A stretch of DNA of 64,000 nt from Albugo candida (taxonomy: Eukaryota). Below the pieces are notes generated by a model. It did not search any database. It was not told the DNA's origin and was given only the letters and a program-made list of their open reading frames with translations. The stretch lies in assembly GCA_040437565.1 (NCBI GenBank), contig JBDOQK010000072.1, positions 62,001-126,000 of the forward strand, written 5' to 3'. Positions within the stretch are counted from its first letter, which is position 1, and each line of letters starts with the position of its first letter. The translations under genes were made by a program, and so were the position numbers. Shown one piece after another: positions 27,001 to 39,050 of the stretch.

Positions 27001-28591
27001 AAACACGGCATACAGTGGTGCTAAAGGATGGTCAGGAGAATTGGTTTTTGTCTGTACTATGAATAACGCGATTCCAAACAAGCTCGGGAGGACGAGCCAT
27101 CTGGTATACATTTCTGTCCAAGCGAAATAGAATGCAATCTTCCCTCCAAAGTAGTGAGCCACTTGCTCAATAGGCTGCTGTAAAACATCGGAGACGGTTT
27201 GTTTGACTCTATCGAATGACGATTTCAAGTGCTGAACACTTTTTGACCCGTATGGAGTCTCGATAGGGCTCCTATCACGAGACAAAAGGGTAGCCCGAGT
27301 CTCCGCTTGTGTAACACGATAGCGCCAGTACGTGATCCATCGGCTCTGAAGTCGTCTAAGTTGATTGAAGTTATGCAAAGGAAAAATAGCATCGAAATAT
27401 TTGGTTTTCAGCATGCAAAATGCATTGAATCCGGCACCGTGCTGCGAAGGATCCCATGTCAGAAGTGCGTACACTATACGTTGCTTTTCCGCATCCGAAA
27501 AATACACAACTTTTGACTTTTTGTCGTAGTCTTTCAAAGTTTCTCGTATGTCTGATGCAAATTGCACCCAGCCGCAGCCCCCTCGTTGCAATTTTCTCAC
27601 TCGTAGCTTTTCTGCACCAAATTCCAGGAGAGGTTGAGGAGCCCGGACTTTGAGAAGCCATTGTTTTCTGTCTATTGAGAGCAAACATTGAACTTCTAGA
27701 CCAATTTCGCATATCCTATGAGCGACCATCTGATGTGGTTTAGTCGGAATTATATTTTTTTGCGTGAATCCTGAATCATAGCGCAAATTTAGAGGATGTG
27801 CTGCTTCGCTGTTAGTCGATTTTTTCGTACAGTGTTCGTATGCATCATAACATGCAAAATCCGCGTTGGATATTTCGACTCCACCGATCTCTGGTCCCTG
27901 CTGATACTTCGATGGTTTGAGCAAGATAGCAATGTCATACTTCTCGTCTTCATCTACAAGTAAGGATGATTTTGTATAGAGCTCTTCTCCCTCTTCAGTA
28001 CCACTAGAGAAGACTGGGGGACATTGTAGATCGATAGAAACGCTTTTGTCCTCACTACGAAACTGAGTACGAACCCAAAGATCATTTTGGCATCCAGATT
28101 TACATTGCCTCTCGGTTTGTGGACAATCATTACTCCATCTTTGTGCTTCTTTTCTGGTCGATTGATGTGAGACGCTGCCAAGTGAATGCTGATCGCTCTG
28201 GTTACGACATCACAAAACGTGTTAGAGTTCTGCCTTGATGATAATCAAAACCACGAAATCATACATTTACATCGCTGCTTGATTCTAAAGGAGCGCTTTT
28301 ATCCAGGGCACTAGTGGGTGGCATAGAGCCTCTATTTTCCTCTCTCAAACCCTTTAGGGTAGTGTAATCACGATACGATCTGATATTAATCAAGCTGTCC
28401 TGGGCTCTCGTGACGTGATGAGGACAAGACACTTGAGGTTCTATCGATACATCCAATCGTTCATTGACCTCGACGCATCTTATAAGCGTTGTATGCGTAT
28501 CAGCTGTCTTCGCATCCGTATGGCAAGTCCCTGAAGCTTCTCTGACGGATTGAAGTGCGTTTGAGACGTTGAGTTGCTTCAGGCCGCTCAT
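24038..28591 (-). CDS. Anoctamin/TMEM16 family Ca2+-activated channel/scramblase; the span includes a ~1.47-kb probably artefactual duplication
   Basis: QPIEQVAHYFGGKIAFYFAW, WENHATESRYQNHLIVKVF, DFTEMILQFGYVTFFS, PLAPFFALCNN and RLDAYKL..QRP. Probable exon 1 is 28591-28265, with intron gtatga..ccag joining in frame. 26612-28079 repeats 25044-26511 across the N gap. Confidence 0.88.
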
Positions 28592-28639
28592 AGGATTTCC
28601 ACTAATTTTAGATCTTGAAGTGGCCTCCAGCGATTCAGC

Positions 28640-29129
28640 ATGAAATTTAATGATCTCTCAACAAGCAGCGCGCTTTTTTCAGGGCCAGAAGGCTTCACTC
28701 AGCGTACCCCAACTCCTTACTCCATTCTCGAAGATGATGATGCTCATACCGCAGTAATCGCACACTCGATGTGGAGACTTGACTTGATAGCTATTCCAGT
28801 CACATACATATGCACTGGACTACTTTTTTCTATCCCCAACACGAGCATCGAGTATTATTCACGCAAGATGGGTGCTTCAGACTCACAATTAGCTACAATC
28901 AATGTTGTTCGAGCTTTGCCCTGGACCATCAAAGTCATATTTGGTATCCTTCCCGATATGCTACCCCTTGCAGGGATGCGATTCAAGCCGTACATGATAT
29001 TAGGATACTTTATCAGCTCATTTTTTTATTTGATGCTATCGACCTGTGATGAATCCACCCTCAGCGTGGAGTCTTTCACATTTTTGCTGGCAGGAGCCAT
29101 GGTTGGCGTCGTTATGGTGGATGTGATGG
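28640..29129 (+). other. Duplicated 5' part of the BT1 transporter gene (probable assembly overlap)
   Basis: Appears identical to 29468-29957 and ends at the 100-N gap. Confidence 0.8.
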
Positions 29130-29467
29130 NNNNNNNNNNNNNNNNNNNNNNNNNNNNNNNNNNNNNNNNNNNNNNNNNNNNNNNNNNNNNNNNNNNNNNN
29201 NNNNNNNNNNNNNNNNNNNNNNNNNNNNNGGGCTCTCGTGACGTGATGAGGACAAGACACTTGAGGTTCTATCGATACATCCAATCGTTCATTGACCTCG
29301 ACGCATCTTATAAGCGTTGTATGCGTATCAGCTGTCTTCGCATCCGTATGGCAAGTCCCTGAAGCTTCTCTGACGGATTGAAGTGCGTTTGAGACGTTGA
29401 GTTGCTTCAGGCCGCTCATAGGATTTCCACTAATTTTAGATCTTGAAGTGGCCTCCAGCGATTCAGC

Positions 29468-31048
29468 ATGAAATTTAATGATCTCTCAACAAGCAGCGCG
29501 CTTTTTTCAGGGCCAGAAGGCTTCACTCAGCGTACCCCAACTCCTTACTCCATTCTCGAAGATGATGATGCTCATACCGCAGTAATCGCACACTCGATGT
29601 GGAGACTTGACTTGATAGCTATTCCAGTCACATACATATGCACTGGACTACTTTTTTCTATCCCCAACACGAGCATCGAGTATTATTCACGCAAGATGGG
29701 TGCTTCAGACTCACAATTAGCTACAATCAATGTTGTTCGAGCTTTGCCCTGGACCATCAAAGTCATATTTGGTATCCTTCCCGATATGCTACCCCTTGCA
29801 GGGATGCGATTCAAGCCGTACATGATATTAGGATACTTTATCAGCTCATTTTTTTATTTGATGCTATCGACCTGTGATGAATCCACCCTCAGCGTGGAGT
29901 CTTTCACATTTTTGCTGGCAGGAGCCATGGTTGGCGTCGTTATGGTGGATGTGATGGGGGATGCTTTAGTAGCGAATCGAGTACTCAACAATCAACAAGT
30001 GTATGATGGAGAGTCGCAATCAACTGTCTATCTTTGTCGTTACCTCAGCGAGATGATTGGATTCTGGGGTGGTGCAATTGTCTTCTCGGATAATCAATTG
30101 TGGTCAGCTCGTTCATCTATGAAGAGTGTGTTTGAATTGTTGGCTGCGTTGCCGTTTATCTTGGCCTTTCCTTCCTTGTATACCTTAATGGAGCCCAAGG
30201 TGTTGTGCGTTTCTTCATTCCAAAACCAGATCTCGCATATTTGGACTGTTTTACAAAAGCAGGCCTGCTGGACTGTGGTACGCTATATTGTCCTGTTCAA
30301 CATATGCATGGTTCACAATTCCGCATGGGGAAACTACCTGAAAGTAGCGTATCGATTTAGTCCATTCCAATATGGTGCTATGACTGCAATGGGAGCAACT
30401 GTAACCTTCATGGCTGTCTACATTTATCGGCAGTGTCTCGCCCATCGCTGCGCCACCACTCTGCGAGTTTTATACATTTCATCGTCAGTCATTTTCAGCT
30501 CATTCAGTCTATGCAACGTGCTCTTGGTATTTGGATGGAATGAAATGCTTCATGTTCCCCCCTTCTGGTTTGCAATGGGCGATCATATCGCAATACATTT
30601 TGCTAGGGGTATCCAATCGCTACCACAAGCAATGATGTTTGTTACGCTCTGCCCAGTGGGCCAGGAAGGGATATCCTTCGCTTTTCTTACTGGTATTACA
30701 AATCTCGCGAACCTATTTTCTCATACGATTTCAAATATCTTATTATTATTATGGCCCGTACAACTTGAGAATCTCCAAGCTGGGGATTATGATGGAGTCT
30801 GGAAGCTTTCGCTTCTAACGAGCCTCATATCCTTACTACCAGTACTTTTCACATACAGGTTACTCCCTGATGACTCGCATCAGCTGCAAATGCTCCACGA
30901 CCATTCTTCCAAGAACGGTATCATGATGATAGTTGTGTTTGCTTTTGCGCTCGTTTGGGTGTCCGTGTTGAGCGTACTGGCCATCCTAAAACCATGCTCC
31001 ATGTTGGTCGGAGGAAATGGTTGCACGAAAGAGAACGTTCTTTCATGA
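29468..31048 (+). CDS. Folate-biopterin transporter (BT1/FBT family, MFS)
   Basis: 526-aa multi-TM ORF with LPWTIKVIFGILPD..PL.G.RFKPY, DVMGDALV and LCPVGQEG.SFA, which are BT1 signatures. Confidence 0.9.
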   Translation: MKFNDLSTSSALFSGPEGFTQRTPTPYSILEDDDAHTAVIAHSMWRLDLIAIPVTYICTGLLFSIPNTSIEYYSRKMGASDSQLATINVVRALPWTIKVIFGILPDMLPLAGMRFKPYMILGYFISSFFYLMLSTCDESTLSVESFTFLLAGAMVGVVMVDVMGDALVANRVLNNQQVYDGESQSTVYLCRYLSEMIGFWGGAIVFSDNQLWSARSSMKSVFELLAALPFILAFPSLYTLMEPKVLCVSSFQNQISHIWTVLQKQACWTVVRYIVLFNICMVHNSAWGNYLKVAYRFSPFQYGAMTAMGATVTFMAVYIYRQCLAHRCATTLRVLYISSSVIFSSFSLCNVLLVFGWNEMLHVPPFWFAMGDHIAIHFARGIQSLPQAMMFVTLCPVGQEGISFAFLTGITNLANLFSHTISNILLLLWPVQLENLQAGDYDGVWKLSLLTSLISLLPVLFTYRLLPDDSHQLQMLHDHSSKNGIMMIVVFAFALVWVSVLSVLAILKPCSMLVGGNGCTKENVLS

Positions 31049-31188
31049 CTGCGGTCAAGACCCAAATTCTTAATTCATCCAACTGCTTCTCCTAATCTCC
31101 AAAATAGAATCTGAACCAATGCACAGTTGTTTTGATCGTAGTCCTCCATCTTCAGCGCCACTCCACCGTTTTATAATATGTATAAATC

Positions 31189-34100
31189 TCAAAATCCTAT
31201 TTGTACCCGATTGATTGGAGCCGCTACCTTGGGCTGTGAGGAGGAGGACCGTGAGCTTCTCTGCGAGAATCTTGATTCTGAGCTGCCGACAGACGACTCG
31301 CTCTGATTGCTAAGTGCAGACATTGGTCGTGGAAGTGAACTTGTCATCTTCGATTCTTTCATCTTAAACTTGGACATTCCAGTACTAGCAGTTCTCCCAG
31401 GTCGGGTTTTGGGTATATGCAGATTATGTTCTTTTGTTTTGGTTTGCAAGGTGTCGGCCATTTCGGGAAACTCATCCGCCAATTGTCCTAAAGTATAGAG
31501 CAGTGACATCGTGATTTCTTTGTAACCATACATTTCTAGCAGCACATGCTCTTTCGAAACCTTGTACCCTGGAAGTACATTATGTCGTTTACTATGCTCA
31601 GCAACCTGCTTATCAAGCCTTTTGACAGCTCGCTTCCATTTTTGACGTTCATGAACCACTTCTTTTTCTATTTGACTCAGATTTGCGATCAGTTGAGTGC
31701 GACTCTCTTGTAGCAAGCTTTTCCGTGTCTCTAATTCTTTCAGATGCTTCGCTTCACGCTCAACATCAATCTCGATTCTCGTGACTTCTTTTTTCTTCTT
31801 AAAAAACCGATCTTCAGCATCTTTTACTTGTTCTTCCAGAGCAATTAGTTTATTTTTATCTTCTCCGACGAGATCTACACGCTGGAAGCTTTTGCGGTAA
31901 TCTGAGTTTTGAGATTCCAAATGTCTGAGCGTCTTTTTCAGTGCTTTGATCTCTCTTTCAGTGACTCTAATTTTGTTATCCAGATCATCTCCTTCGATCT
32001 GTAACTCTTCACGACGCTGCGCTGCTTTTATCATAAAATACGCTTGACTTCTCCCTTCTTCTTGGTCCGCACCGTATCCACCCGCTCTGCAAAGAACTTC
32101 AAATTTCGATTGAAGCTTTTTTACGCGGCTCTCGCGCTCTGCAAGCGCAAGAGAGAGTTTGTGCCGCTCCTCTTCGATATTTCTATTCAGTGCTCGCTGC
32201 AATTCACGCTGCATTTGGATTTCTTTTTTTCTTTCTTCCATGCTTTTTTTCATCTGAAAGTCGCGATTCTCCAAAGTGAACACTTCGTTTGAGCGAGCAT
32301 TCATGATACCTCGAAGACGGCGTACTTCCAGTGATTGCATATCGTACTGTACAAGATACTCCTCCTTACTCCTTAAAGTCTGCTTCAGCATATTGAGACA
32401 GCTTTCATTCTCCAATTCAGTATGAGATATTTGCGTCTGCAGTTCCTCTCGCTGTTTTTGCAAAGCTCTTTTAACGCGTTCCTGACCACGTCTTTCCTCT
32501 TCCAATTTCTTGCACTGTGCAATCAGCATGCTTTGTTCTGACCGGACGCGTTCAAGTTCGGATTGTAGTACTTTTATTTGCTCTTGTAGGGCCTTTGTCT
32601 CTTCCACGCTCCGTTCACCACTCGCACGCGCAACCTTCCTTTCCATCTGTTGGATTTGGAACTCGCCGTTATAAATCAGCTCTTGTTGACGCAGTACTTG
32701 TTGTTCGAGAGACTTGGCCTTGGCCTTGAGATTTTGATTACTTGCCTTACAGCCTGATATTTCGGCCGATAACGTGGCGCTGTTCTGACGCAAAACATAT
32801 AATTCTTGAGAGCGGCGGAACAAAATTTCTTTTTGCTGTATTGTTTCTTTTTCTAATCGAAGGACATCATCGTTCATGGATTTCAAATCTCTTTCTGCGT
32901 GCTTTGCTAGCGATTCAGCATCCAGAGTTGAATCCATCCAGCTTTCGAGTGTTTTCTTGGTTGCCTTTAAGCGGTTGCGTGCATGCTCTAACTCCTTTTC
33001 CATAGTACCTACACGCCCCATCTTATTTGCATTGTTATTGCGCTGCTGAGTCATCTGCGTTACGGAACTGGCTAACTGATTTTTGATGGTCTCCACTTGA
33101 TCGCGGAATTCTTGCAGTTTGCTGACAGATTCCTGTAGTTCCTGGTTTGTTTTAGATTGTTGTCGCTCCTTTGTACTTATGAGAGCGTGTAAATCATTGT
33201 TTTCCTGTTCTTGTGCACTGATGCGTTGTTTTTGTGCTCGAAGAACTTCTTGATTCTTTTTTAATGCTTGCTGGTTCCGTGCATATTCCACACTTGCATT
33301 AGCAATTTCATGGTCACGTCGACCGATTGCCTCAATAGTTTCTTGCCACTGTTTGATGATTCTTTGGCGTTCTTGATGTAACTGGTGGAATTCACTCGAT
33401 ATTCTATCTAATTCAATCTGCTTTGCTTGTGTCTCAGTGCTCTCGTCATCAACTTGTCGATTGTGATGCTGATATGATTTAGTGAGTTTCTCCAAGTCTA
33501 GCGTTAGCTCCTTGATTCTACTTTCATCAGCTCTGCGGTACTTTTCTAATGCAAGAGAGTCATCCTCTTTTTGTTTTGCCGTTCGCGTCCATTGCTCAAT
33601 TTCATCCTGATTCCAGTTCATCGCCATCTGGAAAGCGTCCATTTTCTCATTTCCTTTGAACAAGTACGTTTGCACTGTATTTAACTTATTATCCAGCTCA
33701 GAACATTCCGTATCTAGTTGTCTCATTTCTTGTGTAAGACGTCCGATTTCACGTTCTGCAAGTTGCTTCAAGTGCTCTTCGGATGCGACTTCTTTTTTCT
33801 TTGCAGTGTGCAGCTCTTGAGTATGCACCAATTCTTGTCTCACATTCTTCAAATGCTCCGTCATTATCTCAACACGCGAATTTGTCTCGGAAAGCTCTAT
33901 TTCAATTTGGTGAAATCGCTTTTCTTTGCTGCGAATTCGCGCATGCAATCGCTTATTTCTCTCATTGGCAAACAATGGAAGATCGTCAATTCCGGAGACA
34001 AAAGCATGTTCATCGTTCATCTCTGATGGTGGGCCTGGCTTGATCGCCCCCGTTTTATCAACATCTTCATGAGGTGTAAGTTGATCCATCTGAATCTTCG

Positions 34101-34359
34101 ATTTCTGTTCTTCAGTATGTAATACATCCTTCTCATGCTCACGACTTTGCGAGGTAAGGTGATCGGCACCAAACTTTCTACGCCACGTTGAAATATCGGA
34201 TGTATCTTCATCGCCACTGACGTCGTCATGATCATCATCCTCACTACTACTTACACCTTCGTTTCCCCAGTCAGACGAAAGAAGCATCTGATCCTCCGCA
34301 TTTGCATCAAACTCAGTATTCACATATTTGGAGGGGGTATGACCTCCACTAGCTTCCAT
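31189..34359 (-). CDS. CCDC39: Coiled-coil domain-containing protein 39 (axonemal 96-nm ruler, FAP59)
   Basis: 1056-aa coiled-coil ORF with FANERNK, MTEHLKNVRQEL, EEHLKQLAERE, MNWNQDEIEQW, SQAYFMIKAAQRREELQ..GD.LD.KI and EIKAL..TL. Confidence 0.9.
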   Translation of the reverse strand: MEASGGHTPSKYVNTEFDANAEDQMLLSSDWGNEGVSSSEDDDHDDVSGDEDTSDISTWRRKFGADHLTSQSREHEKDVLHTEEQKSKIQMDQLTPHEDVDKTGAIKPGPPSEMNDEHAFVSGIDDLPLFANERNKRLHARIRSKEKRFHQIEIELSETNSRVEIMTEHLKNVRQELVHTQELHTAKKKEVASEEHLKQLAEREIGRLTQEMRQLDTECSELDNKLNTVQTYLFKGNEKMDAFQMAMNWNQDEIEQWTRTAKQKEDDSLALEKYRRADESRIKELTLDLEKLTKSYQHHNRQVDDESTETQAKQIELDRISSEFHQLHQERQRIIKQWQETIEAIGRRDHEIANASVEYARNQQALKKNQEVLRAQKQRISAQEQENNDLHALISTKERQQSKTNQELQESVSKLQEFRDQVETIKNQLASSVTQMTQQRNNNANKMGRVGTMEKELEHARNRLKATKKTLESWMDSTLDAESLAKHAERDLKSMNDDVLRLEKETIQQKEILFRRSQELYVLRQNSATLSAEISGCKASNQNLKAKAKSLEQQVLRQQELIYNGEFQIQQMERKVARASGERSVEETKALQEQIKVLQSELERVRSEQSMLIAQCKKLEEERRGQERVKRALQKQREELQTQISHTELENESCLNMLKQTLRSKEEYLVQYDMQSLEVRRLRGIMNARSNEVFTLENRDFQMKKSMEERKKEIQMQRELQRALNRNIEEERHKLSLALAERESRVKKLQSKFEVLCRAGGYGADQEEGRSQAYFMIKAAQRREELQIEGDDLDNKIRVTEREIKALKKTLRHLESQNSDYRKSFQRVDLVGEDKNKLIALEEQVKDAEDRFFKKKKEVTRIEIDVEREAKHLKELETRKSLLQESRTQLIANLSQIEKEVVHERQKWKRAVKRLDKQVAEHSKRHNVLPGYKVSKEHVLLEMYGYKEITMSLLYTLGQLADEFPEMADTLQTKTKEHNLHIPKTRPGRTASTGMSKFKMKESKMTSSLPRPMSALSNQSESSVGSSESRFSQRSSRSSSSQPKVAAPINRVQIGF

Positions 34360-35573
34360 AGCTGTGCTTCTTGCAAAAGGTGAAATATGGTTTTATAATA
34401 GCGAAGTAGCAAATGCTGAGCCTTGAGCGTTTTTGGTGGTTATGATTTATAAATACACATCCTCTGTTGTAAGACTGGATCAATTCGAATAAAATGTTCT
34501 TCTGTCTGTTGGAATGCATTCTTCCCGGCTATCGAACAAGCATCAAGGTACTCTTCCATAATTCATGAATCGACTCTTGCACAGCTTATTCAATCATATG
34601 GGCAGTGTGCTTATCATTAATACAGATCTACTGCTACTATGCCAGGTACGGAACAACCCGAATGATAATATCGACGAGCACAGTACAACATCTCATTAAC
34701 ACAAACAAGATCGAACGCCCTCTATCATATGAAGCCTTTATTCGAGGTTAAACGGTGCTGCCAGATTTTTTAAGGATAGAATTACTCGATAGGCGAGGGA
34801 AAGTTGTAGCAGCCTGATATTCAATTAGATGTAATAGGCCTAGCATAGCTTGTATCATACGGTAAATCTATCTATCGAAGACTGCAGTAGAGACGCAAAT
34901 TACCCAGATTGTAGCATGTACAAAGAGATAGGTGTGGTATTAGGGAGCATGGCCACTTAATATCATTTTGCATGGCACGGAATGATTATTCGGGTTCTAG
35001 TAGCGCTCTTGTCGTATAACTGACAAATGACACAATCTTGTACGCTTACCAGATTACCCGCTGCTTGCACGTATTATTGTGCTGAGTATAGTCATGAACA
35101 GCATAGGCCTGATATCGTGTGAACTGATCGTTCCACCATTCACATCACATGCCCGATGCAATTATTTACGTGATAGGCAATGTTAATGTGTATCTATCGA
35201 GAATGTGTCCAACGTTTTTCTGCGCTAGCATCAGAAAGATTCCATATCGTGATGCATTGATACTTCACAAGGATGAGAAGGCGTGTGTGCCACGCTAGAT
35301 ATCTCTCTAGGTGGATAAGGCTCATTACTAACTCTGTAAGCTGATAATCCCTACCCTTCATGTAAAGCTGGTCTACTTGACGCGATTCATCGATAACTTT
35401 GCAACGAACTCGTCAGAGCCAGCAATCCTCGATGTAGTTCTCGTCCAAATCGCTACCTAGTTTTACGTGTATCAAGGAAGCCATAATTCTTTCAGTGGCG
35501 TGAAGGTGTGTATTTTGATATCTAAAGTATCGAGTCCTAGAAAGTATTAGAATTAAAAGATTTTATACAGCAT

Positions 35574-36926
35574 ATGCTGAAGAATTCCGTGGTCAAACTT
35601 CCTTGTCGAAAGCTTGTACAAGTGAACGGGAAGGATGCATCTCGTTTCTTGCAAGGAATTCTCACGAATGACATAAATCATCTAAAAGAACGCTCGTCAA
35701 TGTATGCCGGTTTTCTTACGGCTAAGGGAAGAATACTTGGAGACTGTAATGTCATTCGTGTCAATGTATGTATCACTACACATTATCAATTTAGAGCCCA
35801 TAAATCAACGTACTAGCGTAGGAGGAATCATTCTGGATTGACTATGACGCATCCTGCAAGGAAACTTTCCAAAACCATTGGAAGCGGTACAAATTGCGCA
35901 TGAGAGTCTCTTTCGAAGATCGAAGCGAACAATATAACGTAGTTGCTTTATTACCAGCTCTATATTCCTATCAAGAGCTTCGAAAAACGAGTTTACTTCA
36001 TCAAGTCGCTTGTATTGAGGAGCTAAAGTCCGCCTATCTAAACAATCCCATTGCTTTTACCGATCCGAGAGGAAGCGTGTTTGGTGTCCGACTCATCGTT
36101 GAGAACAATGATAAAGGTGATTGCCATATCAGATAAAGAATCATCGACCTTTTCTCGACTCTTACTGATCGTGCGCGATTCTCACTCGAATATAGTCGCC
36201 ATACCTGATGCATTCGAAAGCACCGATGCAACTGCATTCAATAATCGAAGGATTTATCTTGGAGCCGCTGAAGGGTATAATATTGCTGTCATCATGAGGC
36301 TACTTAGGGCTGAGTTATATTTGTTTCGTAATATAGCTCAGAGTTGCATGACTTGATTCCATTAGAGGCCAATCTCGATGTTCTGGGAGGTGTCAGTTTC
36401 AGCAAAGGGTGCTATCTTGGTCAAGAGCTAATGGCTCGTACGCATTTCAAAGGTTTAGTAAGGAAAAGGATCATTCCATGCGCTATATACCCAGTCAGAG
36501 ATCAATCCATGCAATCAGAAAAAGTTGAAGCAACTTTCACAAACATCGATGATAATGCAGCGACATCATTGAGAGAATATTTACTTACTACTCCAGTACC
36601 AACTGATCAGAACGCAGTCCAACGAGGCGTCAAGATTATCTGTACCGAAACATCAAAGCCGATTGGATCAATTATTACTACTGCACCCGGTTATGATATT
36701 ATGACCTTACCCCGTTGCAATTTCTAAATTGTTTCTTACTTTAATAGGGATTCGAGCCGCACTTGCTATGATACGCTTAGAACATCTATCAATACATGGC
36801 ACAAGAAATGCTCATATTGGCCAGTACACGACATCAGACGGCAAGTTCAACTTGGTTCCATATCAACCGGTTTGGTGGGAGCGACTGGATTCCTCAAGTG
36901 GAAAAATTATGATGACAAGCAATTGA
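35574..36926 (+). CDS. IBA57: IBA57/CAF17/YgfZ-family folate-binding Fe-S assembly factor (multi-exon)
   Basis: [32 protein letters not shown] and the [13 protein letters not shown] signature. Several short introns. Confidence 0.92.
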
Positions 36927-37234
36927 TTTCTTGAAACGTTTGTATTTTTTATCGTTGATCGCAACTGCTGATTCTGAGCATCTCTGTGTGAGTCATGCAA
37001 AGGCATGTGCAGTTGAATGATGAATTCTACTGACAAGGGACCGAAAAACTTTGACTTCCTGACTTCGCTTTGCTCTAAACGAATTCTCCTGTGTATACAT
37101 ACTAAGTACACCTTCTCCATTGCTGCTAGTTGGATGAGGTATAGGCACCGAGGCTAGATGTCTTCATCTCCAAATGTTAAGATGCATCACTGAAGTATGT
37201 TTGATGTTACTAACCACCTTGCTAGTCGAGTTTC

Positions 37235-38328
37235 AAGCGACACTTTGTGCTAGAGAAAGCAATGATTCACCCTTTGGCACATTTTCGTCAATTCAGTGAG
37301 CAACAAGCTGATGTGTAGATATGTTGCTTGTTGTGATTACCAAGTACGAAGCTGCGCTGAAGTGCGCATTTTCTTCGCTGCTTGACAGTCGACTCACGTA
37401 TGCTTTTTCCGAAGGCCCAGTACTTTTAGTATTAAAGCACGTAGTAAAAAGAATGATAAGATTGTTCTCAGACCGTAAAGCTAGATATTAGATCACAAAA
37501 CGAAAGACGTTTCGTCGTTATGAAGGTAGGCCAGGATATGTAACAATGCAGGTGATATTACATGTAGTATTCACAAAAGCAAGTGTTTAGAGAGAACTCA
37601 TTGCTTGAAGAGAATCGGTCGATTAAAAAGCTGTAATGCCCTGCCCAGAGCCCTGATATCAATCTCAACGAAAACCTGTGTAAGAATCTCAAAGATGTCA
37701 CCCAAAACCGCAACATGCCAAAAAGGTCGAANNNNNNNNNNNNNNNNNNNNNNNNNNNNNNNNNNNNNNNNNNNNNNNNNNNNNNNNNNNNNNNNNNNNN
37801 NNNNNNNNNNNNNNNNNNNNNNNNNNNNNNNAAGCGACACTTTGTGCTAGAGAAAGCAATGATTCACCCTTTGGCACATTTTCGTCAATTCAGTGAGCAA
37901 CAAGCTGATGTGTAGATATGTTGCTTGTTGTGATTACCAAGTACGAAGCTGCGCTGAAGTGCGCATTTTCTTCGCTGCTTGACAGTCGACTCACGTATGC
38001 TTTTTCCGAAGGCCCAGTACTTTTAGTATTAAAGCACGTAGTAAAAAGAATGATAAGATTGTTCTCAGACCGTAAAGCTAGATATTAGATCACAAAACGA
38101 AAGACGTTTCGTCGTTATGAAGGTAGGCCAGGATATGTAACAATGCAGGTGATATTACATGTAGTATTCACAAAAGCAAGTGTTTAGAGAGAACTCATTG
38201 CTTGAAGAGAATCGGTCGATTAAAAAGCTGTAATGCCCTGCCCAGAGCCCTGATATCAATCTCAACGAAAACCTGTGTAAGAATCTCAAAGATGTCACCC
38301 AAAACCGCAACATGCCAAAAAGGTCGAA
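37235..38328. other. Gap-flanking duplication (37235-37731 / 37832-38328)
   Basis: Apparently identical ~500-bp blocks on either side of a 100-N gap. Confidence 0.8.
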
Positions 38329-38549
38329 GCATTTAAGCGAAATCAAGCGAATCACGGGACGCTGCGTTTAGACAATCTGCCGAATCCCCTCTCAGCAAGT
38401 ATTTTAATTCAGTCCGCACCTTTGGGGCCCCATTCTGAGAATTCGACGCGCAATCTAGATAATGGTGATTTTCTCATCGTTAACCTGATGCGCACTATTG
38501 CGCATGATGAAATACCTCACATAAAAGTATCCGTTCCAACTTTGCGGCG

Positions 38550-39050
38550 ATAAATCCACCATCTTTACTCGACGTAAAAGAGGAATTTAGGTCACTACAA
38601 CGGACGCATGAGGGGACGTTTTTCAGGGAGTCCCTTACCTTTTCCAGATGCACAAACACAGCGAAACGCATGTTCGTTTCGGCTATCACGCAGGAAGACT
38701 TCGACGAACAATCTTGCCACACAATCTATTCTTGTGCAAAAGGAAGCAGATTATCAATACCTGTCGAAAAAATAGTTTTCGGGATCTACCAGGAAAACGT
38801 TATCTGACTTGTCGTTGGAGTTCAAGTGCCCTAGAAGATGACTTGACCTTTACCCGCTTGCACTTTGTTGATTAGACAAGCTGGCAGGCAAATGCCAAAA
38901 CAGTAATGGAACGGGGGTCGCGATTGTCGGGAACTCAAATAGGACTGTCCGAACTCAGATGCAAGATCTTCTACCCCACGGAGGAGTGAGAGCTTCTTTG
39001 ACTGGTAATGAGACGGTAATCGAATGCATGTTTCCATTTTGATATCTATG
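38550..39050 (+). pseudogene. Possible highly decayed mariner-like transposase
   Basis: Weak motif echoes in the expected order: AKRMFVSAI (cf. KVMFLxAV), WQANAK (cf. QQDNAxPH) and PNS (cf. PPNSPDLN). Confidence 0.3.

Noticed and set aside
25044..28079. Apparent tandem duplication of the anoctamin gene
   Set aside because: Apparently identical copies abut a 100-N gap, the same pattern as at other gaps. Best explained as unmerged contig overlap.
28382..29957. Apparent second BT1 transporter and duplicated anoctamin exon 1
   Set aside because: Identical-looking sequence either side of an N gap; probable assembly artefact.
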